Below are positions 1 to 12,729 of a stretch of DNA of 50,036 nucleotides, one piece after another (position 1 is the first letter of the stretch; every line of letters starts with the position of its first letter). Source of the DNA: Girardia tigrina (taxonomy: Eukaryota); assembly GCA_001938485.1 (NCBI GenBank), contig MQRK01212652.1:1-50036 (forward strand), given 5' to 3'. The position numbers and the translations under genes are program-made. The notes under the pieces are model-generated. The model was not told where the DNA came from. It made no database searches and worked only from the letters and a program-made list of their open reading frames with translations.

Positions 1-231
1 CATGAATTGGGATACTGTATTACGAGAAAAGAACTGCTGGCAATCTACTATTTTACACAACACTTCAAGCACTGTCTGTACGGCAAGAAATTTCTATTAA
101 GAACGGATCATAAAGCCATTACCTTTATGATGACGACAAAGAACCCAATCACTCCGCAATTTCAAACTTGGATAAATTTTCTAAGTGGGTTGGATATGAC
201 AATGGAAGATACAATGGTGATACCGCTATAG
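1..231 (+). mobile_element. Ty3/gypsy retrotransposon pol fragment (RNase H region after RT)
   Basis: Translates HELGYCITRKELLAIYYFTQHFKHCLYGKKFLLRTDHKAI...QTWINFLS, matching the gypsy RNase H motifs ELLAI, YL.G..F.L.TDH and RW...L. Truncated by the window edge. Confidence 0.9.
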
Positions 232-233
232 GA

Positions 234-423
234 AGAACGGCTGTCTTTAAGTAGGTGCAACGATTCCAGGCAGGGCGTCAATCATTGGAGGATGATTAAC
301 GCAGTGGGCGACCAACAACGTCAGGATGTCAAGAAAATGGGAAAGTTATCGAGAAAATCATTCTTGGTGACAGATGTCTCACTATCCGTGAGATAGCAGC
401 TATTACAGGCGTTTCTAAAAGTC
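234..423 (+). mobile_element. Mariner transposase N-terminal HTH fragment (degenerate)
   Basis: Manual translation RTAVFK*VQRFQAGRQSLEDD*RSGRPTTS...DRCLTIREIAAITGVSKS, containing the mariner LED..RSGRP motif and second HTH. Confidence 0.85.
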
Positions 424-549
424 TAGCAATGGTCCCGGTTACCTTAGCATTAGTTCCGGTTCACTTGGTAACGGTAACCAAGGTCTTAGTGAGTCAAGGC
501 GGTTGTAACCATGGTAACGGTTACCGTATCCATAGCAACCGAAGAAAAA

Positions 550-1037
550 AGGGCTAATCGATCGCTGCACAGTGCCCAGAGGTGCTAATCGATATTTTAA
601 AAGTGCTAATCAATAGTAAACATTGTACGACACATTTCCAATGTGCTAGCACAGTGCTTTTAAAGTTGCACATGTGCAAAAGTGCAAAAATCAATACATC
701 AAATTTTTTAAAAGTACTAAAGTAAAAAATCGATATCCTGTGTTTGATGCACATTTTGATTCTCTATCTGAATGTGCAATTAGAAATTTCATATATTGAT
801 TACTTTCCCTATAATTGACATAATGTGCAAATTTACACAATATTGATTTTAAAGGTACAAGGAAGCCGAATATCAAAAAAGTGCTGATGCACTTGAATTG
901 TAATCAATATACGTAAATTCAGATTCAACATCAACATGTTCAAAAAGGTGTTGAAATATCGATAATTTCGAACATTTCTTAAATTCTCAAAAAAGTGCTA
1001 AAAAATCAATTTTTTTCGTATATATATGAAAACCCTG
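550..1037. mobile_element. One end of a non-autonomous DNA transposon (hAT-like CAGGGTT terminus) with subterminal short repeats
   Basis: Many AAAAGTGCT, AATCGAT and TGCACA motifs. The region ends in ...TATATGAAAACCCTG, the reverse complement of CAGGGTTTTCATATA. The partner TIR was not seen. Confidence 0.45.
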
Positions 1038-1404
1038 TGATATATGTATGTTGTTTACCATCAAACAATCTCATGAATTGTCTAATATACCTAGTGATCA
1101 ATTACAAGTTCCATGGTTACCGTAACCAAGATACATAACATTTTACATTATATGTAAAAACGACATGTAAAAACTCATATTATACTTAAAACATGCATAG
1201 ACATTATACATACCACATACACAATCACCAAAAGTACGTGAGCCTAGACATCACCTATAAAAGTACCTCGGTTACCGAAAAGTTATATATATATAACTTT
1301 TATTGAACAGTGTAATGTTTTAAGATAACGTTCATTGGACCATATAATGCAATAATTATACATGTTTACCTCATTTTTATATAGCGTTTATTAGGCTGTA
1401 TAAT

Positions 1405-1407
<3 letters not shown>

Positions 1408-1438
<31 letters not shown>

Positions 1439-1550
1439 TGTTATATATGTATGTACTGTTATATATGTATGTACTGTTATATATGTATGTACTGTTATAT
1501 ATGTATGTACTGTTATATATGTATGTACTGTTATATATGTATGTACTGTT
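1408..1550. repeat. (AT)n microsatellite followed by an 18-bp tandem repeat
   Basis: (TA)n at 1408-1437, then TACTGTTATATATGTATG x6 plus a partial copy at 1436-1550. Confidence 0.97.
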
Positions 1551-3813
1551 TTTAATGTAGTAATACATATATACAGTACAATACTGTATGGACGTTTTAG
1601 TTCATTGAATGTTAATTTATTGTTTTAATGCGGTAAAGTGCTCAAAAATCGAATCTAGTCCTAACTGACTACCATTTCTTCCTCAATTTGAAGAACGTAT
1701 TGATAAGGAAAAAAATTCAATTCCAAAAATTTTGTAAAAGTGGCCTTCCAGGAATTTATAGATTCTTGCATTCCAAATATTTTTTTCAAATTGACCTCAA
1801 GAAACTGCAGCTCAAATGCAAAAGTGTGTCGATAATATGAGTGTAAACTTTGATGAATGACATAAATATTTGTATTGGTAAATTATCAATAAACTTTGAC
1901 TTCAGTTCTAAAAATTTCATACTTTACGACAATATTATATTTTTGGATTAGAGAGATAATATAGGATCCCCAAGATGGGTGCACATTTAGTTGCAACGAC
2001 GATTTGCGATGTATTTCAACATCTGGATCACAAAATTTTTAAAAGTAATCTTTATTTCTAAAATTTTCATTTGAACGCGATTCCTAAAACAACCAATCCG
2101 AATTAATTCTGAAACCAGAAATTCTACATCATTTTTTTCTTAAGGAAAGAGGATCGATAATTAAATTAGAATTAAATTATTTAATTTACTTTTTCTTTTA
2201 TTTGTCGGTATTTTAAATCTACATTTTGGTTCAATTATTAAGTGACAACGTTCATTTTGGGAATTTCCTTGATTTATTTTGTCAGTTAATTTTGGTTTAG
2301 GGTTAGGAATATTTTTATTTTTTATATGAAATATATTTTATAAAACATTTTTAATTTGTGATTATTACATTTTAGCAATTCATAAATGTGAGTCTTCTGA
2401 TGAAAAATATTCCAAAAAGAATGAAAAAAAATGAATAAACAATTTATTCAAATTTATGGAAACGATTTTTTTGTTGAAAAAAGAACTAATAAGGCTGAAC
2501 TAATAATATCATAATAATAATATCTTATGGTCCTGTAAGGATTAATGTCAAAAAATAATTAATTAATTTAACTTTGATTTTTTCGAATATTGTTGGGTTT
2601 TTTAAATACTCCTAAGCAGTTAATGTCCTTCCGAAAAAAAAACAAATTTTTAACCAAAATCTAATTTTTATTTTACTTTCTTAACATTACATAATTTTTG
2701 TTTTATTAGACGACTTCTTTCTTTTAAACGACCTCTGAGATTGTTTTTTATCTAATTAAAACAAAGAAAACAAATTTGATGGCGATATTATGGATAATTA
2801 AAAATGATCAATCTTAGAAAAATAAAAATAATTAATAAACAATGAGAAGTCAGATAATTCTTTTAATAAGCGATGTTGATTACTCAAATATCGTCTCTGT
2901 CGGGCAAACTGGTTAAAGTAGTATCATCACACCTTCAGTGTGAAAAAACTGGACAATCTGTTGAGCTAGTAGCTATGGTCTTTCCTATAGAGTTTCTCAC
3001 ACTCGACCGAACTAATCAATTGAAACTATCGTCTCCCATTGATACGTGTGAGGTAAGGGTCACGCCCAAGCTAGCTGTTGTTACGAGCATTCGAGAGGCA
3101 GGTCAAACGACATCTGTTGTATCATGTGCCATACGTCACAGTTGAATTACTGACTCTTAATATTCAACAGTTTGCTGATTTTCGAAATTTTAAATATTTC
3201 AATATTTATTACATTTTATTAGTTTTTTAATTATAAAAACATAAAAAACAATGATGCATCTACTGTACATATTATAAATAAAACTAAGAACTATTTATAC
3301 TGAGATTATTATCAGTGAGATTATCAGTGGATTTTAATTCAGATTATTTTTTAATCTTAATAACCTTATCCCTCTGTATTGGTCGTTAGAAACAACTCTT
3401 TTATCCCTGAAAAATTCAGCAACTTGTACAAAGTAATTTGAAATGGTAAAACTATTTGAAACGTGATGCTCTTTTTAGAATATACTTGATTGTTTTCAAT
3501 AAAATAAATTTGGTTTTCATTTTGATAGATAAATTCATAGACTTTCTTATCACCAAATTGTTTCCACTTGCTCTTCGATATTCTTATAATCACATTTTCA
3601 AGCTCCAATATTTGTTAATAAACTTCACAAAATTTTATAAACTTTCACAATGTATTATGAATGTATTTTATAATTGCTTCTTTTCTGAATTGTTTGCATT
3701 TTTACTTTATATCTTTAATTTAGATACTTGAATTATCCCAGACACTTCCAAAATATAAGTATTAGAATACAAGAATAAACAGATTAGCTGAGATTCTTTT
3801 TACAAGTAACGTA

Positions 3814-4620
3814 TTTGGTTTCCCGGAAAGTTCATATAGATTTTTAATAAAAATTCAGAAGCAAAATTTTTATGTATATACATTTATTTAATCAATATGT
3901 ATACTCCAGTTTCTTCCACAATTTTTTACCATCTTTCTTGTAACTGGAAATTCAATTCTTCCAAAATTTCTCGGGTTTCTCGTTGAAAAACTGTTTAAGG
4001 TGAGATTTCAGGACATCCAAAGACTCTAAGATCATACCTTTAAGAGAATTTTGCAGTGACCTGAATATGTTATATTTGGAAGGGGCAATGTCAGTGGAAT
4101 AAAATTCGTGGGGTAGCACATCCCAACCAAGTTCTAACAAAATTTTTCTCGTAGCCAAAGAGACATATGGTCTGACATTGTAATAATGCAACCGAACATC
4201 CATCCTGTTCGTTAATTCTGGTCATTTATCCAAGACCGTTAATTTTAATTCATCCAGTTTGGAGGAATACTTGTCTGAAATAATTGACTGTTTGTTTGGT
4301 AGGAATATCATAATACATAATTCTTTTGAAATCCCACCACACAGAGAGCATGAATTTCTTTGGATGAAGACCAAGATCTATTTCGTTTCACATTGTCATA
4401 GATAACCCATTTTTCGTAATCCGTTACAATTTGTTTCAAAAACGATACAGTTTCATTGTGTTTGTAAGGCGAATCACAAATGGATGTGATCAATCAGAGT
4501 TTTTTGCTTAGATTACTCAGAACCCATAAATCATAATGATTCACGTTATTGTGCTTCTCTAAAAGCTCATGAGCGATGGTATTCGATATATTCAGTATTT
4601 CTGTGAATTCACGCGTTTTG
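3814..4620 (-). mobile_element. Degenerate mariner element, 3' two-thirds with one TIR
   Basis: ORF pieces FLKQIVTDYEKWVIYDNVKRNRSW and HYYNVRPYVSLATRKILLELGWDVLPHEFYSTDIAPSKYNIFRSLQN. TA plus TTTGGTTTCCCGGAAAGTTC TIR-like end at 3812. Confidence 0.9.
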
Positions 4621-4999
4621 TAGGGAAAATATTTGCAAGATTTTAAAAGTTGTTTAAAAAGCCAACATTTTAAACGTTTGAATTTTTTAAATTATTATAT
4701 GACAAAAATGAAAGTTAAATGATTCCCATATTTACTAATCCCTTTTGTGACCTTTTTTAGACAGCCATTGTAGAATAGCATGATCAATAGAATTGAAAAT
4801 GAAAAAGAAACTATTAAATAAATTTTATTTCCTAAAATAACAAGGTATAAGTTAAACTTTTATTAAAATATTATTTATAATCAAATTTTATAATCAACAT
4901 TTGCCTTCGGCCGGACAATGATGTACAAAATATTTATCATATGATTGCTACAACGCTTCCAAACGAAGAATGATATCATGGTATTCGTGTACAATTGAA

Positions 5000-5660
5000 A
5001 TCACGTTATATTCACGACATTCTTTTCCGAATTCCATTACGTTACTTTAAAGAGGCCACTTGTAAAATGTCTCAAAAAATGAGTAGTTAAAAGTGTTCTT
5101 TTTAAAGAACTTATCAACATACTGTATATAAAGTTTTTTTCTTTATTTATGGTACATTACTGAATGTTTTATTTCTGTTGCAATGCTCAAAACTATCGAA
5201 AAATGATAATCGGGTGTCTCAGAATCTCATAGCCTAGATCGTTCAGCTGTCATTCAATAATCTGTGATGTAAACTGTAAACAGCGATGTCTCATGAAGGA
5301 TAATCAGGGTATGCCTTTGATTTTGTACGGAATCCTAAACGGCGAGTTTTCTTTGTATTTAAACAATTTTAGAACAGTATGTCAGGACAGGAATCATTTT
5401 TTCAGAATTCAAAAAGATTAAAGCATGATACCTTTAAAAGTCCGCCACACTGTTAGTATCTATCTAATCACGGTGAAATGAGGCATTAGTTTGATACCCA
5501 TGATATGTTTCATACTTGATTCAATGTCTAGATAGTTTCATGTTGTCTTATGCTATCCACTTTCGTAGTAGGTTATCAGTCTTCTCAAAGATGGCTTATC
5601 TGGATTCATTAAACTAAGGAAATTTTAATTTCAAATCATCTCTGTTTCTGCTGAGTAGTC
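5000..5660 (-). mobile_element. Highly degenerate mariner transposase fragment
   Basis: Frame-shifted minus-strand pieces KWIA*DNMK, LTVWRTFKGI, QLNDLGYEILRHP and DYHF. Confidence 0.65.
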
Positions 5661-6479
5661 ACATTGTGAGATAATTATTTTTTCACTTTTTACTCGAAGG
5701 TTGTTAATGGCTTTCCTAAAAAATCTTCTGAAAGTTAACAATTAGTATCAACTAATTAATGTATAAGATGCTTTTCCCATGGACTATTTTTTTAATTTTC
5801 GTTTTTCACAAGGAATTTTTCATTCCAAATCGAGAAAGATCTTTCATTAGCAATACAATTACCGAAAGAATTAATTATATTACAAACTGCTGGAACTCGG
5901 TTAATTAAAATTTAATCTCAAAAAACTGTGATTGTTTCGATGTATACTATTAGGAAAACTTACTATAAATCTTATTTAAAAGTTTTACAAATATATCAAT
6001 AACTACACAGAATTAATTGACCATGGATTTCTCATTACGATTGAAAACATTCACTATTTTATCCATTAGGAATTATATTCTAAATGGCTCAGCTTGGTGT
6101 TCATTTTAACTGTCGAAATTTATTGAAATAATGTTTAAAACTTTATTGTATATAAGATGCAGTGCTGTAGAGAAACACGAAACAAATTGACCAGTTCCAT
6201 TCGTAAATGGAAGCGAGAAAGATTGGTCAATCTCAATAACCAGATTGAACAAGGTTTAAATGTTGGAAGCTTCAAAAAAAAGGTGGGGCTAATCTAGAAT
6301 TGCGTATGGTGCGGAATCTAGAAACGAAAACGCATACGCTTTTTATGCATGTGCCATCAGTCACTAATAGTCAGAGGGTAAGTAATTATCAAAAGCTTCT
6401 TGAAGCGCGCTCACTTATCGAGTTGTATTGGTATAGACCCACTGAACACAAAAAAGGTAAGGCTTACCCTATCACAAAT

Positions 6480-7215
6480 GAGTAACTGGAAGGTACCCGG
6501 CTCAAAAGGGGTGATTGCGAAGGTTCATTAACAAACTGAAGCTCGATTTTGAGATGATTTGGAACGGGGATAATCATCAGTTCCCAACGGCTTAGAGGAG
6601 TGCAAAAGTGGTAACACTCTTCGAGGGAAAGGGTGCTAGGTTTGATTCGAATAATTATGGAGGGATCTTCCTCTTGGAAGTCGCTGACAATGTTTTTGCA
6701 CGAATAATCGAAAATAAAATGATGCCGTTGATGGAAGAAAGGTTAGACCCCTGGCAGTTTGGTTTGCGGTCGAAAAAAGGTATTATGCAAGCTATTAGTA
6801 AACTCAGCCGGATACAGGAAGAAGATCGATATGAGATGCAGATCGTATTTGTGATCTTCATCGTTTTGGAAAAGGCATTTGATAGTGTCCTATGTGAACT
6901 TCTGTAGACCTACCTGAAAAGATTCGACTCAACCGACAAGATTTGCTGCCTGATCAAGGAATTCCATGAGAGCTTTATTATCTCAGAGGGTGATTGTGAA
7001 TTTCTCATGGAAAGATATGTCAGGCAGGGATGTGCGATGGGACCTTGTCTTTTAAACTTGGTCCTCGATGAAGTTATCAAAACGGCGATACTGAAACGAT
7101 TCAGGACAGTAATTATCCTGATCGACGAGCATAGTGACGAATTTCAAGTCAATAGCCTTGCTAGTGCGGATGACCTATGTGTCGTGTTCTCTTCTCTCGA
7201 CAACATATTCGTGGA
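6480..7215 (+). mobile_element. RTE-like non-LTR retrotransposon, RT domain (5' piece)
   Basis: VTLFEGKG..NNYGGIFLL...WQFGLR...FIVLEKAFDSV...VRQGCAMGPCLLNLVLD...ASADDL, i.e. non-LTR RT domains 0-5, with in-frame stops. Confidence 0.92.
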
Positions 7216-10071
7216 CTCAGAGCGTCCATCCGTTTTTTGAGTTCAACGGCAACTCCAATATGTCATTTACCTTCCTGTATACTCATATTACACCCATGAG
7301 GAACAGACGCATCTCCTCCGCGCACATCAACAAGTTGTGTGTGTTTCGGAGCGCCTTCGGGCTCGAACCAGTACCGAGTATGACCCGACTGGTGGTCTCA
7401 GCTGCATAGGGTTAGATGTCATTTCATGCTATCGTTATAGATTATATTCTCACGTTATCATTTTAAAGTATGTGAAACGAAGAGAGTGCCAAAGAGATAA
7501 ACGTCGGTCTGCCCGCGTGCCCCTTGCATGCTGCGGCCAGCCTGCGTCATCTCCAAAAGGTTCCTCGCTCTTTTCTTTTATGATTCGAATGTTCAGAATT
7601 AATTTATTTACTTCATAAAATCATTTATCTTTAGTTGACTTTACCTAACTATTCTGCTTTATTTTTGCTATTTACCTCTACACTAGGCCAATCTCATTAC
7701 AAATCATACAGTTATTTAAATCGCTTGGATACAGTCTAATTTTAAATTAATTCAATTGTAATGTTCGCTTAGAAATTTTTATTAAAATCTTTTGTACGTA
7801 AAATAAATGGAAATTTTTGGCGAAACCACCCTATTAAATCAGCTTTTTATTTATTTATCTATTATTTCATTTATTTATTTATCGATTATCATAAGCAGAC
7901 ATGATCTTTACTCGCAACATTTACGGATGTTTAAAATCTTTCGCAAACGAAAATAACTCCTGGACGAAAAAATGCTTTACTCAGCGGTTATAGTCACACT
8001 TCCTCTTCGAACACTGACGAATTTCTAACAGAACAACGTCTTCATTAATCTATCGACCTCATTTATTGGACATACTTGAAAATTGTCCATTGATTGTCTT
8101 AATTATCATATTTTCATTTGTATCGATTCCTGCACTTTCTGAATATTTCAATTGATTCAATTTAGCTTTCAATTTTGTCGGTTCGATTTCCGTTCTATAT
8201 ATTATCTTCATTTTCTTCAGTTATCTTTGAAACACTTTCTATGTAGAAATTTCTTTCGTCAATTACCAACATTTCATACATTTTATCACTTAGATTCGCT
8301 TTTAATGTTTCAAGTACATCTTTTCCATTACACGTTTCGTTCAATTCATCCACAATTTCTCCAACAATTGAATCCTTCATATTTTCTAAAAGCACACCAA
8401 TCTTATCCATATTTATTTCTCCTTTCCCACATTCTATTAAAATACTTTGTTTTTCGTCTTATTTTTTACCGAATTTTAATGGATCCAACTCCAAATGATT
8501 TAAATAAATGCTTTCTGCTACACTTTCTTTCACGTCGTTAATTATTAGAAATTCATTCATACAATTACTTTCTTGTAACTTCCATAATATTTCAATATTG
8601 ACATCTTTATTTCTCTTATCATTTTCTAGATCTTTAATTTCTGGATCTTTTGAATTTCTCTATACAATCAACTATGCATTTGGATCAACTTTTATTCGTT
8701 CAGTTTTGTCTTCAGGTGTAATCATTCCAAACATTATTGCATCCGTCATTCTTATGTTCAGTTGTTTTTCATCGATTTTATCATAAATAAAATATTTTAA
8801 CATTTCAGATAAACATGTAGTTTCAAATTTTGTTTATATTTGTTCATTTAAATTTTGTCAATGTAATATTGGTTATTATAAATATTATTTCGTATTGGTT
8901 AAGACTCACATAATTATATAATATACTATAAAATACTATATAATGATTTAAAATGTTTTAAAAAATGTTCAGATATAGAATATATAAATATATTTTATTT
9001 TCTTCAAAAAAAACGTAAAATAAAATAATTTTCCAATGTTCTTTTTATGACCAATAATTAATTATACCTTATTTTTAATGTAATTTTGTAATTAATGAAG
9101 TAAATAATAAATAATATATATATTTTTTTACAATCAAATAAAAATCGAAAATTACAAGACTAAATCCAAAATCAATGGAAAGAACATTTAGACAATTTTC
9201 GTTTTTATAAATATAATTTTCTTTTCATTATTTATTTTTTTTATTACTAGGTAATAATTTATTTACAAGGATAATATTTTCGGAGTAGTGCTTCAAGAAA
9301 CATAAATTTCTTTCAAGAGGTAGATTATTCTTTTAAGAATCTTCGTCAACAAAATTTTTTTACTCTTCTTTGGTCTTTCAGTGGTCTATTTATTACATTT
9401 AACGAGGTTATTATTATCTAAAACATGTTATTGCTTCACACCAAACAAAATTTTTTTTGCTGTTGGTTATAGACACAAAGATTCACAAGCCTACAAGTAT
9501 CTGAAAATATAAATCAGTTTAAACTGTCAAGCAAACCTTTTGAAGGATGATCTATATTTGTCCAATGTTGTTACTCTATTATTTAATAAAATAAAATTTG
9601 TAAATGATGTCAACTGAATATTTTTATTTGTCAACTTTTTTAACCAATTTAAGGTTAAATATTTGAAAAAGATTAATTATACTATTTTATATTAAAAAAT
9701 TATTTTTAACTGCTAAATTATTAATCTCAAATTGATAATTAATGTCTTTATTTCAATACCTAAGTTATAAATTGTATATATATAAGTATAAGTTTTTTGA
9801 ATATTTTTGTAAAATAATTTACTAATTTATTCATTATTATCCTTGTTAAGAAATCATTCAATTAATAATATATTAAAAATTATTAATTATGAAATTAAAT
9901 TTTTAAATTAAATTGTAATTATTGATAAATTTTGATTCATTAATTCAACCGTTCGAGTCACGTTCACAATATTTTATCTTTTATTTCAAAAAAATTTTGT
10001 TGACAAGTAAATATTAATTAATTAAATTGGTCAATTCAAACAAATATAAATTTTTGACCTTCAATTCAATC

Positions 10072-11345
10072 TAGGCGAAAGTCATGTGCCTAACCGATCA
10101 CTCGGGGACTGGAATATCGCAAGTGATGTGTGGCGACAAAGTCATAAAATGAGTGAGTGAGTTCTGTTACTTCGGCAGTATATTGACCACATGTGATAGC
10201 TGCAGTCGGAATATCGGTCAGCGGTTGAGTTGAAGAATGAAGAAATTACGAGAATTCAAAGTAACATTGTTCCTTTAGTGCTGAAAAGAAGACTAATCGA
10301 ATGAAGCATTTTTTTCCGGTAGTGCATTATGGGAGTAAGTGCTCGGCAACATCTGAAAAAGAAGTACCTCGGTACCAGCTTTTCCTAATACCTGCACACG
10401 CACTGTTTTTGATAAAACTGCACTTGACAGAAAAAGTTAATTGGTTTGACAGAGATACATGTGGTACTAGTGAAACAGCGTTTTGTATTCTTTAAGTATA
10501 ATAGTCGGAAAGGTGTACATGAGATAAAAAGAGTATTAAACTCTGAAATGCCCTCAAGAAATAGAAGGATCAGCAGCCGTAAAAAGCAGTTGACGAAAGA
10601 GCGCATCGGCCGCAATATGCTCAGGGTATTTGGTGACCAAGAAGATTTGGTAGAATACCAGGAATGAGAGGAGAATTCTCGACACTGACGAGGAATTCAA
10701 ACACTTGATAAAATGAACTGTTTCTTGAAAGCTGATATAAGTAATTAAACAGAGAAAAGAGTATCCGAAAATGCTCTAGCCGCGTATCAAAAGAGTGCAA
10801 TGCACGTATCCATCTTGTTTCAAAGCTTTTGCGGAACAGAAGGAATTAAAAAGAGACATCAAAAACTTGCATATGGACACGATGCCACATCCTCAGAATG
10901 GTGACAAACATTTCCAATGTCCCCTGGAAAATTGTTGTAAGACCTATAAAACGGAGGTATGGTTAAAGCGACATTTATTGATCGATCATCAAACCCACGG
11001 CAATACCAGTGGTAATAGTGTTTCACAAAATAACATGGATGAAAGATGTACAGAATCTTCGAACCCGATCGCGATGCATGATGTGTTAACCCCCTCTATG
11101 GTACCACGGAGACGGACTCAGGATTGCTTCCAAGGGTAGTTCTCGACTTACGGTTATGTAATACAACTTATATGGGAATATTTCGGTGTCCCTTTACTCA
11201 TTATACAATATGTGTTTACACAGCCAAAGCTGTCCAGAATCACGGCAGGAGGGATCATGACTGGTCCTTTCTGACTTGGAAACCGAAGCGCACCCGTGCA
11301 CTGAAAGATCGTATTCTTGCATCTAAAGCCGTGCGAGAAAGTTAG
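10072..11345 (+). mobile_element. RTE-like LINE 3' piece (RT domains 6-7, thumb, three C2H2-like fingers), collinear with 6480-7215
   Basis: AKVM...VSEFCYFGSIL, FPVVHYGSKCSATSEKE, then QCTYPSCFKAF...LKRDIKNLH, FQCPLENCCKTYKTEVWLKRHLLIDH and FRCPFTHY...VQNHGRRDH. It resumes where the first piece stops. Confidence 0.82.
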
Positions 11346-11469
11346 TAGGCTTTGTATTGTCTATTTATGGTTTGTAACGGATACAGAGTCTATGGCTCAC
11401 TACCCTGTACGCCAATGCTGGTACATTAGTTTCTACGATACTCAGTTATCCATCCAGTTGGACAGGCTT

Positions 11470-12709
11470 ATTATATATATTATAAAAGCCCAAGTCACTC
11501 ACTGCTTCACTAACGCTGACGTAATCAAGCGAGATAAAAAAACCCCAGTGTGTCGGGTAGTATATATATCCGGCACACTATAAATAACCGATACATTTAT
11601 ATATTATAAAAGCCCAAGTCACTCACTGCTTCACTAACGCTGACGTAATCAAGCGAGAAAAAAATCAACAATCGATATCGATTAATCAATTTCATAATTT
11701 TGTATTAATTGAATTATTATCAAACAAAAATTAACATTTAGTAATTTTTGTCATTTGTTAAAGTCGAAAATTGTAAATTTATAATTATAAAGATATAAAT
11801 ATTTGTATGAAAAGTAATATATATATTATAAAAGCCCAAGTCACTCACTGCTTCACTAACGCTGACGTAATCAAGCGAGATAAAAAAAATCGACAATCGA
11901 TATCGATTAATCAATTTCATAATTTTGTATTAATTGAACTATTATCAAACAAAAATTAACATTTAGTAATTTTTGTCATTTGTTAAAGTCGAAAATTGTA
12001 AATTTATAATTATAAAGATATAAATATTTGTATGAAAAGTAATATATATATATTATAAAAGCCCAAGTCACTCACTGCTTCACTAACGCTGACGTAATCA
12101 AGCGAGAAAAAAATCAACAATCGATATCGATTAATCAATTTCATAATTTTGTATTAATTGAATTATTATCAAACAAAAATTAACATTTAGTAATTTTTGT
12201 CATTTGTTAAAGTCGAAAATTGTAAATTTATAATTATAAAGATATAAATATTTGTATGAAAAGTAATATATATATNNNNNNNNNNNNNNNNNNNNNNNNN
12301 NNNNNNNNNNNNNNNNNNNNNNNNNNNNNNNNNNNNNNNNNNNNNNNNNNNNNNNNNNNNNNNNNNNNNNNNNNNNNNNNNNNNNNNNNNNNNNNNNNNN
12401 NNNNNNNNNNNNNNNNNNNNNNNNNNNNNNNNNNNNNNNNNNNNNNNNNNNNNNNNNNNNNNNNNNNNNNNNNNNNNNNNNNNNNNNNNNNNNNNNNNNN
12501 NNNNNNNNNNNNNNNNNNNNNNNNNNNNNNNNNNNNNNNNNNNNNNNNNNNNNNNNNNNNNNNNNNNNNNNNNNNNNNNNNNNNNNNNNNNTTTACCTTA
12601 CAGCGTTAGTGAGGCAGTGAGGCAGGCAGTGAGTTACTTGGACTTTTATAATATAAAAAAAATTGAACCCCCGGCAAGAGAGGGCCGCGAAGCGGGCCGA
12701 GCGCGCTAG
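11470..12709 (+). mobile_element. Non-autonomous Helitron-like element with a tandem array of 5' ends
   Basis: TATATTATAAAAGCCCAAGTCACTCACTG 5'-end motif repeated (G of GCCC at 11488, 11612, 11834, 12061). 3' end has a GGCCGC-GAA-GCGGGCC hairpin (12683-12698) and CTAG|T (12706-12710). Confidence 0.7.
11600..12275. repeat. Near-identical ~222-227 bp tandem repeat, 3 copies, running into an assembly gap
   Basis: Direct comparison of the units gives periods of 222 and 227 bp. Confidence 0.97.
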
Positions 12710-12729
12710 TTTTATATAAGAAAGTAATA

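Noticed and set aside
1640-2110. Possible MULE transposase remnant (LNAIPKTTN)
   Set aside because: One short motif in heavily broken frames is not enough to support a call.
3366-3760. Short minus-strand ORF as a gene
   Set aside because: No recognisable motif, an upstream in-frame stop, and low-complexity AT-rich codons.
7555-7575. TTCCTCGCT as an HDV-like ribozyme L3 loop
   Set aside because: The flanking P3/P1 pairings cannot be formed.
10795-11139. Stand-alone host C2H2 zinc-finger gene
   Set aside because: It follows LINE RT/thumb sequence collinearly, is frameshifted, and has a homologous LINE end at 12.7-13.4 kb.
11600-12275. Repeat array as a CRISPR
   Set aside because: The units are wholly identical with no unique spacers, the context is eukaryotic, and there are no cas genes.
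12256-12609. 117-aa ORF in the track
   Set aside because: Artefact of reading through an N-gap.
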